From Auanema rhodensis (taxonomy: Eukaryota; Animalia; Nematoda), in contig OZ059900.1 of the NCBI GenBank assembly GCA_964057225.1, positions 1,736,001-1,800,000 of the forward strand: 64,000 nucleotides of DNA, in the 5' to 3' direction. The notes under the pieces were generated by a model that had not been told where the DNA came from, did no database searches, and worked only from the letters and a program-made list of their open reading frames with translations. Both the position numbers and the translations under genes were made by a program. How positions within the stretch are numbered: position 1 is the first letter of the stretch; each line of letters starts with the position of its first letter. Shown one piece after another: positions 10,901-25,500 of this stretch.

Positions 10901-13554
10901 GATATTTATTCATTTTGATCAAAAAAGGTCGAAAATAGAAAGAATTTTTTAATTTTCCGAGTTTTGAGTCCAATTGGGCTAAATCGCTCATATATATGAT
11001 CAAAAGCATAGTTTCACTGTCTATGATAACAAAAGTCTTCAAATATACACTAGTAATGATTAAATCACTGAATTTCACTCAAATAGCATTACTACACTAA
11101 GTATGGTCGTTTTTATGCCTTTAACACCATATACTCACCGATTTTTGGTACAAAATCTGTGATACTCGTAAATTTTGATCATATTCGTTAAGATTTGAGA
11201 ATCAAACATACAATACACAAAATCAGTCTATTTTTATGAGCTTGCACTGATATATATTCATTTTGATCAAAAAAGGTCGAAAATAGAATGAATTTTTGAA
11301 ATTTCCGAGTTTTGAGTCTAATTTGGCTAAATCGCTCATATATATGATCAAAAGCATAGTTTTACTGTCTATGATAACAAAAGTCTTCAAATATACACTA
11401 ATAATGATTAAATCACTGATTTTCAGTCAAATAGCATTACTACACTAAGTATGGTCGTTTTTATGCCTTTAACACCATATACTCACCGATTTTTGGTACA
11501 AAATCTGTAATACTTGTAAATTTTGATCATATTTGTTAAGATTCGAGAATCAAACACATAATACACGAAATAAGTCTATTTTTACAAGTTTGCACTGATA
11601 TTTATTCATTTTGATCAAAAAAGGTCGAAAATAGAAAAAATTTTTGAAATTTCCGAGTTTTGAGTCCAATTTGGCTAAATCGCTCATATATAAGATCAAA
11701 AGCATAGTTTTATTGTCTATAACAACAAAAGTCATCAATTAAACGCTAGTGATATTTAAATACTGATTTTCGCTCAAGTAGCATTACTACACTAAGTATG
11801 GTCGTTTTCATGCCTTTAACACCATATACTCACCGATTTTTGGTACAAAATCTGTAATACTTGTAAATTTTGATCATATTCGTTAAGATTTGAGAATCGA
11901 ACATACAATACACAAAATCAGTCTATTTTTATGAGCTTGCACTGATATATATTCATTTTGATCAAAAAAGGTCGAAAATAGAAAGAATTTTTGAAATTTC
12001 CGAGTTTTGAGTCTAATTTGGCTAAATCGCTCATATATATGATCAGAAGCATAGTTTTAATGTCTATGACAACAAAAATCATCAATTAAACGCTAGTGAT
12101 ATTTAAATACTGATTTTCGCTCAAATAGCATTACTACACTAAGTATGGTCGTTTTTATGCTTTTAACACCATATACTCACCGATTTTTGGTACAAAATCT
12201 GTAATACTCGTAAAATTTGATCATATTTGTTAAGATTTGAGAATCAAACACACAATACACAAAATCAGTCTATTTTTATGAGTTTACACTGATATATATT
12301 CATTTTCATCAAAAAAGGTCGAAAATAGAAAGAATTTTTGAATTTTCCGAGTTTTGAGTCGAATTGGGCTAAATCGCTCATATATATGATCAAAAGCATA
12401 GTTTTACTGTCTATGATAACAAAAGTCTTCAAATATACACTAATAATGATTAAATCACTGAATTTCACTCAAATAGCATTACTACACTAAGTATGGTCGT
12501 TTTTATGCCTTTAACACCATATACTCACCGATTTTTGGTACAAAATCTGTAATACTCGTAAATTTCGATCATATTCGTTAAGATTCGAGAATCAAACACA
12601 CAATACACGAAATAAGTTTATTTTGACGAATTTGCACTGATATTTATTCATTTTGATCAAAAAAGGTCGAAAATAGAAAGAATTTTTTAATTTTCCGAGT
12701 TTTGAGTCCAATTGGGCTAAATCGCTCATATATATGATCAAAAGCATAGTTTCACTGTCTATGATAACAAAAGTCTTCAAATATACACTAGTAATGATTA
12801 AATCACTGAATTTCACTCAAATAGCATTACTACACTAAGTATGGTCGTTTTTATGCCTTTAACACCATATACTCACCGATTTTTGGTACAAAATCTGTAA
12901 TACTTGTAAATTTTGATCATATTTGTTAAGATTCGAGAATCAAACACATAATACACGAAATAAGTCTATTTTTACAAGTTTGCACTGATATTTATTCATT
13001 TTGATCAAAAAAAGGTCGAAAATAGAAAATTTTTTTGAAATTTCCGAGTTTTGAGTCCAATTTGGCTAAATCGCTCATATATAAGATCAAAAGCATAGTT
13101 TTATTGTCTATAACAACAAAAGTCATCAATTAAACGCTAGTGATATTTAAATACTGATTTTCGCTCAAGTAGCATTACTACACTAAGTATGGTCGTTTTT
13201 ATGCCTTTAACACCATATACTCACCGATTTTTGGTACAAAATCTGTAATACTTGTAAATTTTGATCATATTCGTTAAGATTTGAGAATCGAACATACAAT
13301 ACACAAAATCAGTCTATTTTTATGAGCTTGCACTGATATATATTCATTTTGATCAAAAAAGGTCGAAAATAGAAAGAATTTTTGAAATTTCCGAGTTTTG
13401 AGTCTAATTTGGCTAAATCGCTCATATATATGATCAGAAGCATAGTTTTAATGTCTATGACAACAAAAATCATCAATTAAACGCTAGTGTTGTTTAAATA
13501 CTGATTTTCGCTCAAATAGCATTACTACACTAAGTATGGTCGTTTTTATGCCTT
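7993..13554. repeat. Seven-monomer block repeated at 3129-bp offset (7993-10425 and 11122-13554)
   Basis: The rare monomer X (tgtgatac, agaatgaa, ttcagtca) occurs at 7993 and 11122. ORFs 8421/11550, 9136/12265 and 9463/12592 are offset by 3129. Confidence 0.85.
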
Positions 13555-16500
13555 TAACACCATATACTCACCGATTTTTGGTACAAAATCTGTAATACTC
13601 GTAAAATTTGATCATATTTGTTAAGATTTGAGAATCAAACACACAATACACAAAATCAGTCTATTTTTATGAGTTTACACTGATATATATTCATTTTCAT
13701 CAAAAAAGGTCGAAAATAGAAAGAATTTTTGAATTTTCCGAGTTTTGAGTCGAATTGGGCTAAATCGCTCATATATATGATCAAAAGCATAGTTTTACTG
13801 TCTATGATAACAAAAGTCTTCAAATATACACTAATAATGATTAAATCACTGAATTTCACTCAAATAGCATTACTACACTAAGTATGGTCGTTTTTATGCC
13901 TTTAACACCATATACTCACCGATTTTTGGTACAAAATCTGTAATACTTGTAAATTTTGATCATATTTGTTAAGATTCGAGAATCAAACACATAATACACA
14001 AAATAAGTCTATTTTTACAAGTTTGCACTGATATTTATTCATTTTGATCAAAAAAGGTCGAAAATAGAAAGAATTTTTAAAATTTCCGAGTTTTGAGTCC
14101 AATTTGGCTAAATCGCTCATATATATGATCAAAAGCATAGTTTTATTGTCTATAACAACAAAAGTCATCAATTAAACGCTAGTGATGTTTAAATACTGAA
14201 TTTCGCTCAAATAGCATTACTACACTAAGTATGGTCGTTTTTATGCCTTTAACACCATATACTCACCGATTTTTGGTACAAAATCTGTAATACTCGTAAA
14301 TTTTGATCATATTCGTTAAGATTTGAGAATCAAACATACAATACACAAAATCAGTCTATTTTTATGAGCTTGCACTGATATATATTCATTTTGATCAAAA
14401 AAGGTCGAAAATAGAAAGAATTTTTGAAATTTCCGAGTTTTGAGTCTAATTTGGCTAAATCGCTCATATATATGATCAAAAGCATAGTTTTATTGTCTAT
14501 GACAACAAAAGTCATCAATTAAATGCTAGTGATGTTTAAATACTGAATTTCGCTCAAATAGCATTACTACACTAAGTATGGTCGTTTTTATGCCTTTAAC
14601 ACCATATACTCACCGATTTTTGGTACAAAATCTGTAATACTCGTAAATTTTGATCATATTCGGTGAGATTCGAGAATCAAACACACAATACACGAAATAA
14701 GTTTATTTTGACGAGTTTGCACTGGTATTTATTCATTTTGATCAAAAAAGGTCGAAAATAGAAAGAATTTTTGAATTTTCCGAGTTTTGAGTCCAATTGG
14801 GCTAAATCGCTAATATATATGATCAAAAGCATAGTTTTACTGTCTATGATAACAAAAGTCTTCAAATATACACTAATAATGTGTAAATCACTGAATTTCA
14901 CTCAAATAGCTTTACTACACTAAGTATGGTCGTTTTTATGCCTTTAACACCATATACTCACCGATTTTTGGTACAAAATCTGTAATACTCGTAAATTTCG
15001 ATCATATTCGTTAAGATTCGAGAATCAAACACACAATACACGAAATAAGTTTATTTTTACGAGTTTGCACTGATATTTATTCATTTTGATCAAAAAAGGT
15101 CGAAAATAGAAAGAATTTTTGAATTTTCCGAGTTTTGAGTCCAATTGGGCTAAATCGCTCATATATATGATCAAAAGCATAGTTTCACTGTCTATGATAA
15201 CAAAAGTCTTCAAATATACACTAATAATGATTAAATCACTGAATTTCACTCAAATAGCATTACTACACTAAGTATGGTCGTTTTTATGCCTTTAACACCA
15301 TATACTCACCGATTTTTGGTACAAAATCTGTAATACTCGTAAATTTCGATCATATTCGTTAAGATTCGAGAATCAAACACACAATACACGAAATAAGTTT
15401 ATTTTTACGAGTTTGCACTGATATTTATTCATTTTGATCAAAAAAGGTCGAAAATAGAAAGAATTTTTGAATTTTCCGAGTTTTGAGTCCAATTGGGCTA
15501 AATCGCTCATATATATGATCAAAAGCATAGTTTCACTGTCTATGATAACAAAAGTCTTCAAATATACACTAGTAATGATGAAATCACTGAATTTCACTCA
15601 AATAGCATTACTACACTAAGTATGGTCGTTTTTATGCCTTTAACACCATATACTCACCGATTTTTGGTACAAAATCTGTAATACTTGTAAATTTTGATCA
15701 TATTTGTTAAGATTCGAGAATCAAACACATAATACACGAAATAAGTCTATTTTTACAAGTTTGCACTGATATTTATTCATTTTGATCAAAAAAGGTCGAA
15801 AATAGAAAGAATTTTTGAAATTTCCGAGTTTTGAGTCCAATTTGGCTAAATCGCTCATATATATGATCAAAAGCATAGTGTTATTGTCTATAACAACAAA
15901 AGTCATCAATTAAACGCTAGTGATGTTTAAATACTGAATTTCGCTCAAATAGCATTACTACACTAAGTATGGTCGTTTTTATGCCTTTAACACCATATAC
16001 TCACCGATTTTTGGTACAAAATCTGTAATACTCGTAAATTTTGATCATATTCGTTAAGATTTGAGAATCAAACATACAATACACAAAATCAGTCTATTTT
16101 TATGAGCTTGCACTGATATATATTCATTTTGATCAAAAAAGGTCGAAAATAGAAAGAATTTTTGAAATTTCCGAGTTTTGAGTCTAATTTGGCTAAATCG
16201 CTCATATATATGATCAAAAGCATAGTTTTATTGTCTATGACAACAAAAGTCATCAATTAAATGCTAGTGATGTTTAAATACTGAATTTCGCTCAAATAGC
16301 ATTACTACACTAAGTATGGTCGTTTTTATGCCTTTAACACCATATACTCACCGATTTTTGGTACAAAATCTGTAATACTCGTAAATTTTGATCATATCCG
16401 GTGAGATTCGAGAATCAAACACACAATACACGAAATAAGTTTATTTTGACGAGTTTGCACTGGTATTTATTCATTTTGATCAAAAAAGGTCGAAAATAGA

Positions 16501-19500
16501 AAGAATTTTTGAATTTTCCGAGTTTTGAGTCCAATTGGGCTAAATCGCTCATATATATGATCAAAAGCATAGTTTTACTGTCTATGATAACAAAAGTCTT
16601 CAAATATACACTAATAATGTGTAAATCACTGAATTTCACTCAAATAGCTTTACTACACTAAGTATGGTCGTTTTTATGCCTTTAACACCATATACTCACC
16701 GATTTTTGGTACAAAATCTGTAATACTCGTAAATTTCGATCATATTCGTTAAGATTCGAGAATCAAACACACAATACACGAAATAAGTTTATTTTTACGA
16801 GTTTGCACTGATATTTATTCATTTTGATCAAAAAAGGTCGAAAATAGAAAGAATTTTTGAATTTTCCGAGTTTTGAGTCCAATTGGGCTAAATCGCTCAT
16901 ATATATGATCAAAAGCATAGTTTCACTGTCTATGATAACAAAAGTCTTCAAATATACACTAGTAATGATTAAATCACTGAATTTCACTCAAATAGCATTA
17001 CTACACTAAGTATGGTCGTTTTTATGCCTTTAACACCATATACTCACCGATTTTTGGTACAAAATCTGTAATACTTGTAAATTTTGATCATATTTGTTAA
17101 GATTCGAGAATCAAACACATAATACACGAAATAAGTCTATTTTTACAAGTTTGCACTGATATTTATTCATTTTGATCAAAAAAAGGTCGAAAATAGAAAA
17201 TTTTTTTGAAATTTCCGAGTTTTGAGTCCAATTTGGCTAAATCGCTCATATATAAGATCAAAAGCATAGTTTTATTGTCTATAACAACAAAAGTCATCAA
17301 TTAAACGCTAGTGATATTTAAATACTGATTTTCGCTCAAGTAGCATTACTACACTAAGTATGGTCGTTTTTATGCCTTTAACACCATATACTCACCGATT
17401 TTTGGTACAAAATCTGTAATACTTGTAAATTTTGATCATATTCGTTAAGATTTGAGAATCGAACATACAATACACAAAATCAGTCTATTTTTATGAGCTT
17501 GCACTGATATATATTCATTTTGATCAAAAAAGGTCGAAAATAGAAAGAATTTTTGAAATTTCCGAGTTTTGAGTCTAATTTGGCTAAATCGCTCATATAT
17601 ATGATCAGAAGCATAGTTTTAATGTCTATGACAACAAAAATCATCAATTAAACGCTAGTGATGTTTAAATACTGATTTTCGCTCAAATAGCATTACTACA
17701 CTAAGTATGGTCGTTTTTATGCCTTTAACACCATATACTCACCGATTTTTGGTACAAAATCTGTAATACTCGTAAAATTTGATCATATTTGTTAAGATTT
17801 GAGAATCAAACACACAATACACGAAATAAGTTTATTTTGACGAGTTTGCACTGGTATTTATTCATTTTGATCAAAAAAGGTCGAAAATAGAAAGAATTTT
17901 TGAATTTTCCGAGTTTTGAGTCCAATTGGGCTAAATCGCTCATATATATGATCAAAAGCATAGTTTTACTGTCTATGATAACAAAAGTCATCAATTAAAC
18001 GCTAGTGATGTTTAAATACTGAATTTCGCTCAAATAGCATTACTACACTAAGTATGGTCGTTTTTATGCCTTTAACACCATATACTCACCGATTTTTGGT
18101 ACAAAATCTGTAATACTCGTAAATTTTGATCATATTCGTTAAGATTTGAGAATCAAACATACAATACACAAAATCAGTCTATTTTTATGAGCTTGCACTG
18201 ATATATATTCATTTTGATCAAAAAAGGTCGAAAATAGAAAGAATTTTTGAAATTTCCGAGTTTTGAGTCTAATTTGGCTAAATCGCTCATATATATGATC
18301 AAAAGCATAGTTTTATTGTCTATGACAACAAAAGTCATCAATTAAATGCTAGTGATGTTTAAATACTGAATTTCGCTCAAATAGCATTACTACACTAAGT
18401 ATGGTCGTTTTTATGCCTTTAACACCATATACTCACCGATTTTTGGTACAAAATCTGTAATACTCGTAAATTTTGATCATATTCGGTGAGATTCGAGAAT
18501 CAAACACACAATACACGAAATAAGTTTATTTTGACGAGTTTGCACTGGTATTTATTCATTTTGATCAAAAAAGGTCGAAAATAGAAAGAATTTTTGAATT
18601 TTCCGAGTTTTGAGTCCAATTGGGCTAAATCGCTAATATATATGATCAAAAGCATAGTTTTACTGTCTATGATAACAAAAGTCTTCAAATATACACTAAT
18701 AATGTGTAAATCACTGAATTTCACTCAAATAGCTTTACTACACTAAGTATGGTCGTTTTTATGCCTTTAACACCATATACTCACCGATTTTTGGTACAAA
18801 ATCTGTAATACTCGTAAATTTCGATCATATTCGTTAAGATTCGAGAATCAAACACACAATACACGAAATAAGTTTATTTTTACGAGTTTGCACTGATATT
18901 TATTCATTTTGATCAAAAAAGGTCGAAAATAGAAAGAATTTTTGAATTTTCCGAGTTTTGAGTCCAATTGGGCTAAATCGCTCATATATATGATCAAAAG
19001 CATAGTTTCACTGTCTATGATAACAAAAGTCTTCAAATATACACTAATAATGATTAAATCACTGAATTTCACTCAAATAGCATTACTACACTAAGTATGG
19101 TCGTTTTTATGCCTTTAACACCATATACTCACCGATTTTTGGTACAAAATCTGTAATACTTGTAAATTTTGATCATATTTGTTAAGATTCGAGAATCAAA
19201 CACATAATACACAAAATAAGTCTATTTTTACAAGTTTGCACTGATATTTATTCATTTTGATCAAAAAAGGTCGAAAATAGAAAGAATTTTTGAAATTTCC
19301 GAGTTTTGAGTCCAATTTGGCTAAATCGCTCATATATATGATCAAAAGCATAGTTTTATTGTCTATAACAACAAAAGTCATCAATTAAACGCTAGTGATG
19401 TTTAAATACTGAATTTCGCTCAAATAGCATTACTACACTAAGTATGGTCGTTTTTATGCCTTTAACACCATATACTCACCGATTTTTGGTACAAAATCTG

Positions 19501-22500
19501 TAATACTCGTAGATTTTGATCATATTCGTTAAGATTTGAGAATCAAACATACAATACACAAAATCAGTCTATTTTTATGAGCTTGCACTGATATATATTC
19601 ATTTTGATCAAAAAAGGTCGAAAATAGAAAGAATTTTTGAAATTTCCGAGTTTTGAGTCTAATTTGGCTAAATCGCTCATATATATGATCAAAAGCATAG
19701 TTTTATTGTCTATGACAACAAAAGTCATCAATTAAATGCTAGTGATGTTTAAATACTGAATTTCGCTCAAATAGCATTACTACACTAAGTATGGTCGTTT
19801 TTATGCCTTTAACACCATATACTCACCGATTTTTGGTACAAAATCTGTAATACTCGTAAATTTTGATCATATTCGGTGAGATTCGAGAATCAAACACACA
19901 ATACACGAAATAAGTTTATTTTGACGAGTTTGCACTGGTATTTATTCATTTTGATCAAAAAAGGTCGAAAATAGAAAGAATTTTTGAATTTTCCGAGTTT
20001 TGAGTCCAATTGGGCTAAATCGCTAATATATATGATCAAAAGCATAGTTTTACTGTCTATGATAACAAAAGTCTTCAAATATACACTAATAATGTGTAAA
20101 TCACTGAATTTCACTCAAATAGCTTTACTACACTAAGTATGGTCGTTTTTATGCCTTTAACACCATATACTCACCGATTTTTGGTACAAAATCTGTAATA
20201 CTCGTAAATTTCGATCATATTCGTTAAGATTCGAGAATCAAACACACAATACACGAAATAAGTTTATTTTTACGAGTTTGCACTGATATTTATTCATTTT
20301 GATCAAAAAAGGTCGAAAATAGAAAGAATTTTTGAATTTTCCGAGTTTTGAGTCCAATTGGGCTAAATCGCTCATATATATGATCAAAAGCATAGTTTCA
20401 CTGTCTATGATAACAAAAGTCTTCAAATATACACTAATAATGATTAAATCACTGAATTTCACTCAAATAGCATTACTACACTAAGTATGGTCGTTTTTAT
20501 GCCTTTAACACCATATACTCACCGATTTTTGGTACAAAATCTGTAATACTTGTAAATTTTGATCATATTTGTTAAGATTCGAGAATCAAACACATAATAC
20601 ACAAAATAAGTCTATTTTTACAAGTTTGCACTGATATTTATTCATTTTGATCAAAAAAGGTCGAAAATAGAAAGAATTTTTGAAATTTCCGAGTTTTGAG
20701 TCCAATTTGGCTAAATCGCTCATATATATGATCAAAAGCATAGTTTTATTGTCTATAACAACAAAAGTCATCAATTAAACGCTAGTGATGTTTAAATACT
20801 GAATTTCGCTCAAATAGCATTACTACACTAAGTATGGTCGTTTTTATGCCTTTAACACCATATACTCACCGATTTTTGGTACAAAATCTGTAATACTCGT
20901 AGATTTTGATCATATTCGTTAAGATTTGAGAATCAAACATACAATACACAAAATCAGTCTATTTTTATGAGCTTGCACTGATATATATTCATTTTGATCA
21001 AAAAAGGTCGAAAATAGAAAGAATTTTTGAAATTTCCGAGTTTTGAGTCTAATTTGGCTAAATCGCTCATATATATGATCAAAAGCATAGTTTTATTGTC
21101 TATGACAACAAAAGTCATCAATTAAATGCTAGTGATGTTTAAATACTGAATTTCGCTCAAATAGCATTACTACACTAAGTATGGTCGTTTTTATGCCTTT
21201 AACACCATATACTCACCGATTTTTGGTACAAAATCTGTAATACTCGTAAATTTTGATCATATTCGGTGAGATTCGAGAATCAAACACACAATACACGAAA
21301 TAAGTTTATTTTGACGAGTTTGCACTGGTATTTATTCATTTTGATCAAAAAAGGTCGAAAATAGAAAGAATTTTTGAATTTTCCGAGTTTTGAGTCCAAT
21401 TGGGCTAAATCGCTCATATATATGATCAAAAGCATAGTTTTACTGTCTATGATAACAAAAGTCTTCAAATATACACTAATAATGTGTAAATCACTGAATT
21501 TCACTCAAATAGCTTTACTACACTAAGTATGGTCGTTTTTATGCCTTTAACACCATATACTCACCGATTTTTGGTACAAAATCTGTAATACTCGTAAATT
21601 TTGATCATATTCGGTGAGATTCGAGAATCAAACACACAATACACGAAATAAGTTTATTTTGACGAGTTTGCACTGGTATTTATTCATTTTGATCAAAAAA
21701 GGTCGAAAATAGAAAGAATTTTTGAATTTTCCGAGTTTTGAGTCCAATTGGGCTAAATCGCTAATATATATGATCAAAAGCATAGTTTTACTGTCTATGA
21801 TAACAAAAGTCTTCAAATATACACTAATAATGTGTAAATCACTGAATTTCACTCAAATAGCTTTACTACACTAAGTATGGTCGTTTTTATGCCTTTAACA
21901 CCATATACTCACCGATTTTTGGTACAAAATCTGTAATACTTGTAAATTTTGATCATATTCGTTAAGATTTGAGAATCAAACATACAATACACAAAATCAG
22001 TCTATTTTTATGAGCTTGCACTGATATATATTCATTTTGATCAAAAAAGGTCGAAAATAGAAAGAATTTTTGAAATTTCCGAGTTTTGAGTCTAATTTGG
22101 CTAAATCGCTCATATATATGATCAAAAGCATAGTTTTATTGTCTATGACAACAAAAGTCATCAATTAAATGCTAGTGATGTTTAAATACTGAATTTCGCT
22201 CAAATAGCATTACTACACTAAGTATGGTCGTTTTTATGCCTTTAACACCATATACTCACCGATTTTTGGTACAAAATCTGTAATACTCGTAAATTTTGAT
22301 CATATTCGTTAAGATTTGAGAATCAAACATACAATACACAAAATCAGTCTATTTTTATGAGCTTGCACTGATATATATTCATTTTGATCAAAAAAGGTCG
22401 AAAATAGAAAGAATTTTTGAAATTTCCGAGTTTTGAGTCTAATTTGGCTAAATCGCTCATATATATGATCAAAAGCATAGTTTTATTGTCTATGACAACA

Positions 22501-25500
22501 AAAGTCATCAATTAAATGCTAGTGATGTTTAAATACTGAATTTCGCTCAAATAGCATTACTACACTAAGTATGGTCGTTTTTATGCCTTTAACACCATAT
22601 ACTCACCGATTTTTGGTACAAAATCTGTAATACTCGTAAATTTCGATCATATTCGTTAAGATTCGAGAATCAAACACACAATACACGAAATAAGTTTATT
22701 TTTACGAGTTTGCACTGATATTTATTCATTTTGATCAAAAAAGGTCGAAAATAGAAAGAATTTTTGAATTTTCCGAGTTTTGAGTCCAATTGGGCTAAAT
22801 CGCTCATATATATGATCAAAAGCATAGTTTCACTGTCTATGATAACAAAAGTCTTCAAATATACACTAATAATGATTAAATCACTGAATTTCACTCAAAT
22901 AGCATTACTACACTAAGTATGGTCGTTTTTATGCCTTTAACACCATATACTCACCGATTTTTGGTACAAAATCTGTAATACTTGTAAATTTTGATCATAT
23001 TTGTTAAGATTCGAGAATCAAACACATAATACACAAAATAAGTCTATTTTTACAAGTTTGCACTGATATTTATTCATTTTGATCAAAAAAGGTCGAAAAT
23101 AGAAAGAATTTTTGAAATTTCCGAGTTTTGAGTCCAATTTGGCTAAATCGCTCATATATATGATCAAAAGCATAGTTTTATTGTCTATAACAACAAAAGT
23201 CATCAATTAAACGCTAGTGATGTTTAAATACTGAATTTCGCTCAAATAGCATTACTACACTAAGTATGGTCGTTTTTATGCCTTTAACACCATATACTCA
23301 CCGATTTTTGGTACAAAATCTGTAATACTCGTAAATTTTGATCATATTCGTTAAGATTTGTGAATCAAACATACAATACACAGAATCAGTCTATTTTTAT
23401 GAGCTTGCACTGATATATATTCATTTTGATCAAAAAAGGTCGAAAATAGAAAGAATTTTTGAAATTTCCGAGTTTTGAGTCTAATTTGGCTAAATCGCTC
23501 ATATATATGATCAAAAGCATAGTTTTATTGTCTATGACAACAAAAGTCATCAATTAAATGCTAGTGATGTTTAAATACTGAATTTCGCTCAAATAGCATT
23601 ACTACACTAAGTATGGTCGTTTTTATGCCTTTAACACCATATACTCACCGATTTTTGGTACAAAATCTGTAATACTCGTAAATTTTGATCATATTCGGTG
23701 AGATTCGAGAATCAAACACACAATACACGAAATAAGTTTATTTTGACGAGTTTGCACTGGTATTTATTCATTTTGATCAAAAAAGGTCGAAAATAGAAAG
23801 AATTTTTGAATTTTCCGAGTTTTGAGTCCAATTGGGCTAAATCGCTCATATATATGATCAAAAGCATAGTTTTACTGTCTATGATAACAAAAGTCTTCAA
23901 ATATACACTAATAATGTGTAAATCACTGAATTTCACTCAAATAGCTTTACTACACTAAGTATGGTCGTTTTTATGCCTTTAACACCATATACTCACCGAT
24001 TTTTGGTACAAAATCTGTAATACTCGTAAATTTCGATCATATTCGTTAAGATTCGAGAATCAAACACACAATACACGAAATAAGTTTATTTTTACGAGTT
24101 TGCACTGATATTTATTCATTTTGATCAAAAAAGGTCGAAAATAGAAAGAATTTTTGAATTTTCCGAGTTTTGAGTCCAATTGGGCTAAATCGCTCATATA
24201 TATGATCAAAAGCATAGTTTCACTGTCTATGATAACAAAAGTCTTCAAATATACACTAGTAATGATTAAATCACTGAATTTCACTCAAATAGCATTACTA
24301 CACTAAGTATGGTCGTTTTTATGCCTTTAACACCATATACTCACCGATTTTTGGTACAAAATCTGTAATACTTGTAAATTTTGATCATATTTGTTAAGAT
24401 TCGAGAATCAAACACATAATACACGAAATAAGTCTATTTTTACAAGTTTGCACTGATATTTATTCATTTTGATCAAAAAAAGGTCGAAAATAGAAAAATT
24501 TTTTGAAATTTCCGAGTTTTGAGTCCAATTTGGCTAAATCGCTCATATATAAGATCAAAAGCATAGTTTTATTGTCTATAACAACAAAAGTCATCAATTA
24601 AACGCTAGTGATATTTAAATACTGATTTTCGCTCAAGTAGCATTACTACACTAAGTATGGTCGTTTTTATGCCTTTAACACCATATACTCACCGATTTTT
24701 GGTACAAAATCTGTAATACTTGTAAATTTTGATCATATTCGTTAAGATTTGAGAATCGAACATACAATACACAAAATCAGTCTATTTTTATGAGCTTGCA
24801 CTGATATATATTCATTTTGATCAAAAAAGGTCGAAAATAGAAAGAATTTTTGAAATTTCCGAGTTTTGAGTCTAATTTGGCTAAATCGCTCATATATATG
24901 ATCAGAAGCATAGTTTTAATGTCTATGACAACAAAAATCATCAATTAAACGCTAGTGATATTTAAATACTGATTTTCGCTCAAGTAGCATTACTACACTA
25001 AGTATGGTCGTTTTTATGCCTTTAACACCATATACTCACCGATTTTTGGTACAAAATCTGTAATACTTGTAAATTTTGATCATATTCGTTAAGATTTGAG
25101 AATCGAACATACAATACACAAAATCAGTCTATTTTTATGAGCTTGCACTGATATATATTCATTTTGATCAAAAAAGGTCGAAAATAGAAAGAATTTTTGA
25201 ATTTTCCGAGTTTTGAGTCGAATTGGGCTAAATCGCTCATATATATGATCAAAAGCATAGTTTTACTGTCTATGATAACAAAAGTCTTCAAATATACACT
25301 AATAAAGATTAAATCACTGAATTTCACTCAAATAGCATTACTACACTAAGTATGGTCGTTTTTATGCCTTTAACACCATATACTCACCGATTTTTGGTAC
25401 AAAATCTGTAATACTCGTAAATTTCGATCATATTCGTTAAGATTCGAGAATCAAACACACAATACACGAAATAAGTTTATTTTGACGAATTTGCACTGAT

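Larger units (their letters stand above)
1..13554. repeat. HOR copy 1 (rearranged variant; 39 monomers, 13,554 bp)
   Basis: Starts with the same A-B-C triplet as 13555, 43094 and 56649 and shares rare markers (gtgttattg monomer 4171, tccggtg monomer 4865, mosaic monomer 6256). It lacks the middle of the canonical unit and carries an internal repeated block. Confidence 0.75.
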
